A stretch of 64,000 nucleotides of DNA, from positions 501,911-565,910 of the forward strand of contig CAYWVD010000001.1 in the NCBI GenBank assembly GCA_964461915.1, read 5' to 3'. A model generated the notes under the pieces. That model was given only the letters and a program-made list of their open reading frames with translations, ran no database searches and was not told the DNA's origin. Positions 9,085 to 16,920 of the stretch are shown piece after piece. Source of the DNA: an uncultured Candidatus Saccharibacteria bacterium. GTDB taxonomy: Bacteria > Patescibacteriota > Dojkabacteria > B142 > OLB20. The translations under genes and the position numbers were made by a program. Each line of letters opens with the position of its first letter. The first letter of the stretch is position 1.

Positions 9085-11538
9085 ATGCTCATATCACATA
9101 ATTGGTTAAAAAAATACCTTCCCACTTTAGATGAACTCTCAAAACATCAAATAGCAGAATCTTTGACTATTAAACTTGCCGAAGTAGAATCTATTAAGCC
9201 TGTTAGGGAAGAAATCCAAAATGTTATAGTAGGCGAAGTTATTGAAGCAAATAAAATTGAAAAAAGCAAAAATCTGACACATACAAAAGTAAAGATCTCA
9301 GATTCTGAAATTAAAGATATTATCTGCGGAGCTCCCAATGTCACAAAAGGAATTAAAGTAGCAGTATGCCTTCCGGGAGGAGTTGTTTATAATGCACACG
9401 GTGATTCTCCAAAAACAATCGAGATCGGGACAAAAACCCTTTTTGAAGTTACATCTTTTGGAATGATTTGTTCCGAAAAAGAGCTAGGAATAAGTAATGC
9501 TCATGAGGGTATAATGATTCTAGAGCCGGAAATACCTATCGGAACAGACTTAGTCCCTTTTTTAAAAGATTACATTTACGAAATTGAAAACAAATCCTTA
9601 AGCAATAGGCCTGATTGCTTTTCACACAGAGGTATTGCACGAGAGATCTCGGCAATTTTAAATATTCCTTTTGTTGAAAACGACCAATTACAGCCCATAA
9701 TTCCAACACAAAAATTGCCATTAGAAATTCAATCTAAAGTGGATAGCAAATATTGTGCTAGATTCAGCGCAATCGTGCTTTCTGATGTACATATTAAAAC
9801 TTCACCTTTTTGGTTAAAGGTTTTATTAGAATCTGTAAATATCCGCTCAATAAATAATATCGTCGATATTGCTAATTTCATAATGTTGGATCTGGGACAG
9901 CCACTCCATACTTATGATTATGACAAAGTTAAAGATCACAAACTGATTGTGAGATTTGCAAAACAAAATGAAAAGCTAAAAGCCTTAGATGAAAAAGAGT
10001 ATATCCTCGATGAAAACATCTTAACTATAAGCTCCAACGACGGGGTAGAGGGGGTTGCTGGTATTATCGGGGGCAATAGTTCCTCGATTAATTCCGAGAC
10101 CAAAAATATCATCATTGAAGCTGCAAATTTCAATATGTATTCAATTCGTAAAGCCTCAAGAAAGCTTGGCTTAAGGACTGAGGCAAGTATTCGATTCGAA
10201 AAAGGTCAGGATCCCGAAAAAATAGATTTCGCTCTAAAACAAACAATACAATTGATGTCTGATATTGCTAATGCAGAAACTGCATCCGAGGTATCCGATT
10301 ATTATCCGGAGCCGGTAGGTGAAACCAGAATCGATTTTGATTTAACATTGGTTAAACGATTCTTAGGTATCGAACTTAGTGTAAGAGAAATTTTTGACTT
10401 CTTAACAAGAATAGGGTGTATTATTGAGGATTCTGAAAAAATTCCAAATCTTACAAGTATTCCTGATATAAATCTACCCGTCAGCATTTTAATACCTTCG
10501 TTTAGATCTGATCTTAGGACTCCACAAGATCTATTAGAAGAGATTGCTCGTTTATACGGATATGATAAATTCGTGCCCACCTATCCAGTTAGAGATATCC
10601 GTTCAGTAAATTCGAATAAGATGCTCCAATTTAAAAGAAAGGCCACTGCATTATTGTCCAGTTTGGGATTAGATGAGGTAACAACTTATTCATTCATCGG
10701 AGAATCTTTATATAAGAAATTGAATTTAGATATAAATGCATGTGTAAAAATTATCAATCCTATATCACCAGAGCATGAATATATCAATGACTCTTTAATT
10801 CCAAGCCTTATTGAGGTTTTGGAATCCAATATAAAGAGTTATGATGAGATTAGGATTTGTGAAAAGAATAGAGTAGTTTATAAAAAGATAGTTGAAGAAG
10901 ATAAACTTCACTACCAACCTAATCATATTGCTGGATTGCTATACAATAAAGGCGATGAGGCTGTGTTCAATCAAGCAATCGGAATAATTGAATCGTTATC
11001 AAAAGAATTTTCATTAACATTATCCGTTGTCGAGTCAAAGGATTTTGATGAATTTGAAAATCTCAAAAAATTAATGCACTTGGGCAGAACTGGTATCATA
11101 AAACTAGACGATAAAATCGTGGGTATTGTTGGCGAAGTGCATCCTAAAATTGTAAACTCCTTAGAGATAAATGGAAGAGTAGGGGTTTTCGAAATTAATG
11201 TAGATAAAATACTAAGTAGCGCAAGCTTTGATAAAAAATATGAAGAGATTTCTCATTTCCAATCTATTAAAAGGGACCTTAGTTTTTGGATTAACAAAGA
11301 TACTAAATATTCAGAAATCCAAAATCAAGTAAGATTGTTAAATAATACACTAATTAAAGAGGTGGAGTTTGTTGATCAATATTTTAATGAAGAGAATCCA
11401 TCTCAAAAGAGTATTACAATTTCAATCAAGCTTCAAAGCCCTCAAAAGACATTAACAGACGATGAAACTAACAAGGTCATAGATGAAGTCTCTTCCACAA
11501 TAATCAAGAATTTAAAAGCCGAATTTAGAAATAAATAA
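9085..11538 (+). CDS. pheT: Phenylalanyl-tRNA synthetase beta subunit
   Basis: It is 817 aa with a tRNA-binding N-terminal domain, B3/4 and B5 domains, and a C-terminal FDX-ACB domain. It lies immediately downstream of pheS. Confidence 0.9.
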   Translation: MLISHNWLKKYLPTLDELSKHQIAESLTIKLAEVESIKPVREEIQNVIVGEVIEANKIEKSKNLTHTKVKISDSEIKDIICGAPNVTKGIKVAVCLPGGVVYNAHGDSPKTIEIGTKTLFEVTSFGMICSEKELGISNAHEGIMILEPEIPIGTDLVPFLKDYIYEIENKSLSNRPDCFSHRGIAREISAILNIPFVENDQLQPIIPTQKLPLEIQSKVDSKYCARFSAIVLSDVHIKTSPFWLKVLLESVNIRSINNIVDIANFIMLDLGQPLHTYDYDKVKDHKLIVRFAKQNEKLKALDEKEYILDENILTISSNDGVEGVAGIIGGNSSSINSETKNIIIEAANFNMYSIRKASRKLGLRTEASIRFEKGQDPEKIDFALKQTIQLMSDIANAETASEVSDYYPEPVGETRIDFDLTLVKRFLGIELSVREIFDFLTRIGCIIEDSEKIPNLTSIPDINLPVSILIPSFRSDLRTPQDLLEEIARLYGYDKFVPTYPVRDIRSVNSNKMLQFKRKATALLSSLGLDEVTTYSFIGESLYKKLNLDINACVKIINPISPEHEYINDSLIPSLIEVLESNIKSYDEIRICEKNRVVYKKIVEEDKLHYQPNHIAGLLYNKGDEAVFNQAIGIIESLSKEFSLTLSVVESKDFDEFENLKKLMHLGRTGIIKLDDKIVGIVGEVHPKIVNSLEINGRVGVFEINVDKILSSASFDKKYEEISHFQSIKRDLSFWINKDTKYSEIQNQVRLLNNTLIKEVEFVDQYFNEENPSQKSITISIKLQSPQKTLTDDETNKVIDEVSSTIIKNLKAEFRNK

Positions 11539-14500
11539 TCAATTTTTAACTCTTATTGTCAATTCATTACTATTGAATTTGGATCCCGAATATATCCCTT
11601 CGACATAGATTTTATACTCTGAAAATTCATCAGACGCTGAGCCACTTGAAGTCGGAGCCTTAAAAGAACATTTCCCTGTATTACCTGCGGTACAAGCTCC
11701 TGTTATAGCGCCTCCTAGATAAAGTTTAGCCGAAGTTAACGAAAGAGAAGTATCCGGTAAGAATGAATAATCAATATTAACCGTTTGGCCAGCAATTAAG
11801 CTATCTAGGCCCGTTCCAGAGATATTTATTGTATAGGGTAGAGTAACCTGGAATTGTACAGTTGATGTCCCTTCATTACCAAGCGTATCTTTAACTTTAA
11901 AGCTTAATGTATGAGTCCCTGCTGATAAAGTTCCCAAATTTAAAGCACCAGTATAAGGTAAAGAAGTAGCGGTTAAGATAGGGGAACCACCATCTAAAAA
12001 CACCTTTACTTCTGCTATTGTTGCTCCAGTATTAGCAGTAAAAGCATTAAAACTTAAATTGATTGAGACATTTGGCCCATCAAATGATTGGCCAGCAGTA
12101 GGTGATGAAACAACAGCCCAAGGAGCATCTGTGCCACTAGGATTTCTATTGATAGTACAACTTTCTGTTGGCACAATGGCATTCAGTTCTGGCTTGCCAC
12201 TAACGTATTTATCTAAGAATGGTTGGAGTTTTGTGTTTGGCATTATGAATTTTTTATACCTAACATTTGAAGATAATCCAAGACTAATATCAATTGGCCT
12301 AGCAAGATGATCAAGCTGATCGGTACATACCACATAATCTTTTACGCTAACATATTGTGGAACTGCAATATCCACAATACCTAAATCACCATCGATACCA
12401 GAACATGCATCACCTTCACCATCGCAAACGCTTTTGGAAACAACTCCAGCGGGTCTTTTGAAAGCAGTAGGTGGGATAGCACCGCCAACCCTCAGCATGA
12501 ATTTTGCAATCCATGGTCTTGCCGAACTAAATCCTGTACCGCTCGAAGACATAGGTTCATTGTTGTTATTACCTAACCATCCAATCGCAACCAATTCTGG
12601 AGTATAAGTCGCAAAAAGAGTTTCTTTACTATCTTCAGATGTTCCGGTTTTCCCTGCAATATCTCTATAGCCCAATCCACTATATTCATTTCCGCCTGTC
12701 CTTTGATTTAGACCCGGACCCGTTTTATTTGCGTTTAAAATATCGCTTATAATAAATGTAGCTCTAGGATCGGCGACTTGTTCTTCTACTGGCTTATACT
12801 CAAAAACGACATTACCATCTCTATCTTCAATCTTTAAAACAACTTCATGTTTAACTAATTTCCCTTCATTAGCTAAAACTCCATAAGCTTGGGCGTGTTC
12901 GATTAATTTAATATCAGCTCCACCGACCGCGATAGATGGCCCATAACCTCTAGGATCATTCAAAGTTGTATAGCCCCAAGTCTTCATCTCATTAATAAAA
13001 TTATCTACTCCAAGTTGGTCGATCAAATAAATTGGAGGGATGTTTTGAGATTCCCTAAGCTGAAGTCTTGCTGAGCGAATTCCGGTAAAAACACTTCCAA
13101 AGTTCTTAGGTTTGTAATTTCCTATTTGAATTGGAATATCAGGAAGTAATGAACCTGCAGAAATTAATCCTTTTTCAACTGCATAATAATAGATCATAGG
13201 CTTCATACTAGAGCCGTATGATTGCAGAGTATCCATTATATTTACTTCTGGAGCAAATCTACAACTTGAACCAGAACAACCAGCTGGTGATGATGTCCCG
13301 AAATAATCATACGATCCTACTAAGGCTAAAATTTCACCATTTCTTGGATTTAAGGCGACTAGAGCAGCATTTTCAGCTTTGTATTTTCGCCCATAGTTAT
13401 CAACAGCTTCTTTAACTTGTTCTTCTGCAATTTCTTGAAATTCAAGATTTAGAGTCGTTGTGATCTTATAGCCACCAGTTGAAAGCATCTCTTTAGAAAA
13501 AGGCTCACCATTATTATAGCCTCGCTCCATTAATAACTTTTGAACATAGAATACAAAATGAGGAGCTTTAAGTTCATCTCTCTTTTTTGCAGTTGTATAG
13601 ACCAATTCAAAAGATCTAGCTTCCTCAATCATCGCTTTTGTTAACAGATCATCAGTAGAACCAGTTTCAGCCTTATGATCTGCATTAATCTTATCAATAT
13701 ATTTTTCTAATTGATTTAATACATAAGTTTGTCTGTCCTTAACTCTTTCTTTTGAATTAGCATTTGCTGATCGAGTAGGGGATAAGTTATTAGGATCTTG
13801 AGGGATTGAAGCCAATATTGCATACTGTGCAAGATTTAATTCGGAAATATCCTTACCAAAATATTCATAAGAAGCTCTTTTAATACCATAAATATTGCTC
13901 CCTTCGGGAATAACATTTAAATACATCTCTAAAATTTCATCTTTGCCTCGAGATTTTTCAATTTCTAAAGCCAATATGACTTCTTTAATTTTCCTTTCAT
14001 AACTTCTCTCATTAGTAAGAGCAGTTTGTTTAATCAATTGTTGAGTGATTGTAGATCCACCGCAAGCAGAAGTTTTAGCAATATTGGCTATACCGCATCT
14101 TATTACAGCAATCAAATCGACTCCACTGTGACCATAAAAATCAATATCTTCAGCAGCAAGCAATGACCACTTCATGAGTGGTGGGACTTCTGTAATTTTT
14201 ATAGGATCTCGATTTTCATCTCCATATATTCTATAAAGCAATTGTCCATTTCTATCATAAATTTCACTAGCTGCGCTTTTTTCACCAAAAGGTTTATCTG
14301 GGCTAGGTAATTGCTCAGTTAATGATTGCAGCCAACCAAAGGCATATACACCGCCGATAATTAAAGCTATAAATAGGATTGTTAAAAAAACAAAAAAAGC
14401 CTTCTTGAATTTAGCCTTATTTATATGAAGCCATTTCCTTTTGGGAGTGCCTCTGTTTGGGCGCCATTTTCTTGAATTTAATCTACTATTATTCTTTAAT

Positions 14501-14541
14501 TTTATTCTAGAAGTGTAGTAAGCCATATTTGATTCAATCAA
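11539..14541 (-). CDS. mrcA: Bifunctional class A penicillin-binding protein (PBP1A-type transglycosylase/transpeptidase) with an Ig-like C-terminal extension
   Basis: It has an N-terminal transmembrane segment. The GT51 motifs are EDIDFYGHSGVD and GGSTITQQL. The transpeptidase motifs include SSMKP and KTGT. The roughly 300-aa C-terminus is Ser/Thr/Gly-rich and Big-like. Confidence 0.88.
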   Translation of the reverse strand: MIESNMAYYTSRIKLKNNSRLNSRKWRPNRGTPKRKWLHINKAKFKKAFFVFLTILFIALIIGGVYAFGWLQSLTEQLPSPDKPFGEKSAASEIYDRNGQLLYRIYGDENRDPIKITEVPPLMKWSLLAAEDIDFYGHSGVDLIAVIRCGIANIAKTSACGGSTITQQLIKQTALTNERSYERKIKEVILALEIEKSRGKDEILEMYLNVIPEGSNIYGIKRASYEYFGKDISELNLAQYAILASIPQDPNNLSPTRSANANSKERVKDRQTYVLNQLEKYIDKINADHKAETGSTDDLLTKAMIEEARSFELVYTTAKKRDELKAPHFVFYVQKLLMERGYNNGEPFSKEMLSTGGYKITTTLNLEFQEIAEEQVKEAVDNYGRKYKAENAALVALNPRNGEILALVGSYDYFGTSSPAGCSGSSCRFAPEVNIMDTLQSYGSSMKPMIYYYAVEKGLISAGSLLPDIPIQIGNYKPKNFGSVFTGIRSARLQLRESQNIPPIYLIDQLGVDNFINEMKTWGYTTLNDPRGYGPSIAVGGADIKLIEHAQAYGVLANEGKLVKHEVVLKIEDRDGNVVFEYKPVEEQVADPRATFIISDILNANKTGPGLNQRTGGNEYSGLGYRDIAGKTGTSEDSKETLFATYTPELVAIGWLGNNNNEPMSSSGTGFSSARPWIAKFMLRVGGAIPPTAFKRPAGVVSKSVCDGEGDACSGIDGDLGIVDIAVPQYVSVKDYVVCTDQLDHLARPIDISLGLSSNVRYKKFIMPNTKLQPFLDKYVSGKPELNAIVPTESCTINRNPSGTDAPWAVVSSPTAGQSFDGPNVSINLSFNAFTANTGATIAEVKVFLDGGSPILTATSLPYTGALNLGTLSAGTHTLSFKVKDTLGNEGTSTVQFQVTLPYTINISGTGLDSLIAGQTVNIDYSFLPDTSLSLTSAKLYLGGAITGACTAGNTGKCSFKAPTSSGSASDEFSEYKIYVEGIYSGSKFNSNELTIRVKN

Positions 14542-14700
14542 AACAATATAAAATTATAACAACTTTATGTACAAAAAATAAGTTGCAAAGGGTGTACAAG
14601 AAAATTTTTCCAAACAAAATAGAAAAACCGAAACTTTTCCGAATTTATTCGCAAGAACCTCAGTTAACCTATAGTAATATATTCATCAATTAATTCAAAT

Positions 14701-14709
14701 CTGTTATAA
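14701..14709 (+). promoter_or_regulatory. Extended -10 element (TGTTATAAT), a candidate promoter for tRNA-Ser
   Basis: TGnTATAAT sits about 26 nt upstream of the tRNA 5' end. Confidence 0.3.
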
Positions 14710-14734
14710 TTACTCGCATAAAGTTGACCATAAT

Positions 14735-14821
14735 GGAAGGGTGTCAGAGTGGTCGAATGAGATGGTCTTGAAAACCATTGTCCGAGCAATCGGACCGCAG
14801 GTTCGAATCCTGTCCCTTCCG
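14735..14821 (+). tRNA. tRNA-Ser (anticodon TGA)
   Basis: The acceptor stem is GGAAGGG/CCCTTCC with discriminator G. The anticodon stem-loop ATGGT-CTTGAAA-ACCAT puts TGA at positions 34-36. It has a long variable arm and the T-loop TTCGAAT. Confidence 0.85.
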
Positions 14822-14860
14822 TAGGTTTGTAAATTCTCTATGGAGAATTTACAAACCTAC
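14821..14860 (+). repeat. Perfect 18-bp inverted repeat (hairpin, 4-nt loop) starting at the tRNA-Ser discriminator base
   Basis: gtaggtttgtaaattctc tatg gagaatttacaaacctac pairs with no mismatches. It is not followed by a T-run. Confidence 0.8.
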
Positions 14861-14958
14861 CGACTGTAATCAGGTGAGAACCGACGGTTCGACAATGAGG
14901 GATTAGTGAAAACGAATGAAGTGAAGTTTGAGCTTAACCGAATTGATACTCAAAGAGT

Positions 14959-14975
14959 GAATCCTGTCCCTTCCG
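14959..14975 (+). repeat. 17-bp direct duplicate of the tRNA-Ser 3' end (gaatcctgtcccttccg); an att-site-like footprint
   Basis: It is an exact copy of 14805-14821, lying 138 bp downstream. No 5' tRNA half precedes it. Confidence 0.7.
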
Positions 14976-15095
14976 AGTTAGCGAAACGAGTGTAACGAAG
15001 TTGAGCATTACAAGGGGGGATGCCTACTAAGGCCCCTTTCTCTAGATTTATAAAAATTCAGACCAAACAAAATAAGTATTATTTTCTATCTTCTC

Positions 15096-15632
15096 ATGGT
15101 AAAAATCACATACTTCGTCCACGGGACAACAACAGACAATGAAAAGCACATTTCTTCAGGATGGGGAGATGTAGACATTTCCGAATTAGGTGTTAAACAA
15201 TCAAAAGAATTAATCGAACAGACTAAAGACAAAAAGTTTGATGCTGTATTTTGTTCTGATTTAATTCGCGCTGTCCATTCTGCAAAGATAACTTTCGGTG
15301 AGAATATCATTATTGATTCAAGATTAAGAGAATGCAATTACGGAAAGTATAATTCCAATCCATCATCAATTGTAGAGCCTCTTCAAGAACAATCAATTGA
15401 CAAGCCTTTCCCTGAGGGCGAAAGCTACGAAGATGTTAAAAAACGAATCTTTTCATTTTTAAATGATCTCAAAAAAGATTACAATGGTAAACATATAGCA
15501 ATAGTTGCCCATAAAGCACCACAACTTGCTTTGGATGTTATTTTGAAAGGACAAACTTGGGAAGAAGCTTTTGCTCAAGATTGGAGGAAAGTAGGGAAGT
15601 GGCAACCAGGTTGGGAATATATTCTAAATTAA
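15096..15632 (+). CDS. Histidine phosphatase superfamily (phosphoglycerate-mutase-like) protein with a variant RHG motif
   Basis: The N-terminus ITYFVHGTTTDN...SGWGDVDISELGVKQSKEL matches the branch-1 histidine phosphatase pattern, with Val in place of the usual Arg. Confidence 0.5.
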   Translation: MVKITYFVHGTTTDNEKHISSGWGDVDISELGVKQSKELIEQTKDKKFDAVFCSDLIRAVHSAKITFGENIIIDSRLRECNYGKYNSNPSSIVEPLQEQSIDKPFPEGESYEDVKKRIFSFLNDLKKDYNGKHIAIVAHKAPQLALDVILKGQTWEEAFAQDWRKVGKWQPGWEYILN

Positions 15633-15650
15633 ATCATTATATAACGTGGT

Positions 15651-16229
15651 ATGGAAATCTTATTAATTGTAGGGGCAATAGTTAATCTGATCGGGATTTC
15701 ATCTTATATTTTTAATACACTTAAAGGTAAAACGAAACCCAATAGGGTAACATGGCTATTATGGTCTATTGCACCAATGATCGCATTTTTTGCAGCACTT
15801 TCCGAGGGGAGAACATGGGGAGCTATTCCAACTTTTATGTCAGGATTTGGACCTCTTTTAGTATTCATCTCATCATTTTTAAACAAAAATGCATTCTGGA
15901 AATTAACTTCAGTTGATTATATCTGCGGAGCAATGTCAGTAATTGCTTTAATCCTATGGGGTATTACGAAAGAGGCTAATTTAGCAATAATTTTTGCAAT
16001 TCTAAGTGATGGTTTAGCAGCTATTCCAACACTAATAAAGTCATGGAAAGACCCTGATAGTGAAACTGTGACTCCCTACATTATTGGAATGCTCTTCCAG
16101 ACAACAACATTTTTAACTGTAAAATATTGGGAATTCTCAGAATTTGGATTTAGCTTATATTTGATAATAATAAACATCATCCTTACTTCTACGATTCTAT
16201 TAAGAAGGAGAAAACTTATGCAGAAATAG
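15651..16229 (+). CDS. Hypothetical polytopic membrane protein
   Basis: It is 192 aa with 5-6 predicted hydrophobic helices. No recognisable motif was found. Confidence 0.45.
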   Translation: MEILLIVGAIVNLIGISSYIFNTLKGKTKPNRVTWLLWSIAPMIAFFAALSEGRTWGAIPTFMSGFGPLLVFISSFLNKNAFWKLTSVDYICGAMSVIALILWGITKEANLAIIFAILSDGLAAIPTLIKSWKDPDSETVTPYIIGMLFQTTTFLTVKYWEFSEFGFSLYLIIINIILTSTILLRRRKLMQK

Positions 16230-16920
16230 TATTGGTTTTGACCTTGCTTTGATATAGGATAAATCCAAAGCCCGATATAAATATACCGAAAATAATTCTT
16301 CCAATTTGCATGTCTTCGATACCAGATTTTGGAATCGGTTTTTTATCAATCTCATCATTAACAGGGTTCGTAGCAACTATTGTTGCCGTAGGAGTAGGGC
16401 TGTTTGTGGCAGTTACAGTTGTTGTTGGCTGAGAATTTAGTGTTAGTTCAAAAAAATTGCCCTGTCCATCGTATGGAAACATGGGGTCAGTATTATTCTG
16501 ATATCCTGATTCTCCCTCAACTAATACACCAACAGGATTCTCTGGGCCATCCACAATTATTTTAAAAGTTCCAAGAGATTCATCAGGGATTAATAGAGTA
16601 TCTTTTGATAAAACAAAGCAAAGTCTTGAAGAGGTGAATGTCTCCAAAGCCTCATTACAAGTTCCCAAAAGATACCATTCAGTCCCCTCGGGAGGATCAT
16701 AGCTTATTACATGAGCATTAGTAATTGTTGCCTCAACAATCACTGTATTAAAATTTTCAGAGAATGCACTCAAAGCTTTTATGTCAATTGAAACTTCATC
16801 ATTAATACTTACATTAGGACTTTCAAGTTGAGTAGAGGCAATTAAAGCCATAGCCTTACTCGAATAGAGAAAAAGAATCAGACAAATTATAGTACTAATC
16901 TTTAAAGTAATTTTCATCAA
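16216..16920 (-). CDS. Secreted surface protein with a C-terminal membrane anchor and basic tail
   Basis: It has a signal peptide, a Thr/Pro-rich linker and a C-terminal hydrophobic segment followed by a basic tail. It overlaps the 3' end of the S8 protease gene by 26 nt on the same strand. Confidence 0.5.
   Translation of the reverse strand: MMKITLKISTIICLILFLYSSKAMALIASTQLESPNVSINDEVSIDIKALSAFSENFNTVIVEATITNAHVISYDPPEGTEWYLLGTCNEALETFTSSRLCFVLSKDTLLIPDESLGTFKIIVDGPENPVGVLVEGESGYQNNTDPMFPYDGQGNFFELTLNSQPTTTVTATNSPTPTATIVATNPVNDEIDKKPIPKSGIEDMQIGRIIFGIFISGFGFILYQSKVKTNTISA

Noticed and set aside
14889-14975. Possible second, full tRNA gene ending in the duplicated tRNA-Ser 3' sequence.
   Set aside because: No complementary 5' acceptor stem (ggaaggg) or D/anticodon arms occur in the preceding 90 nt. 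Only the 3' 17 nt are present, so it is a fragment and not a gene.
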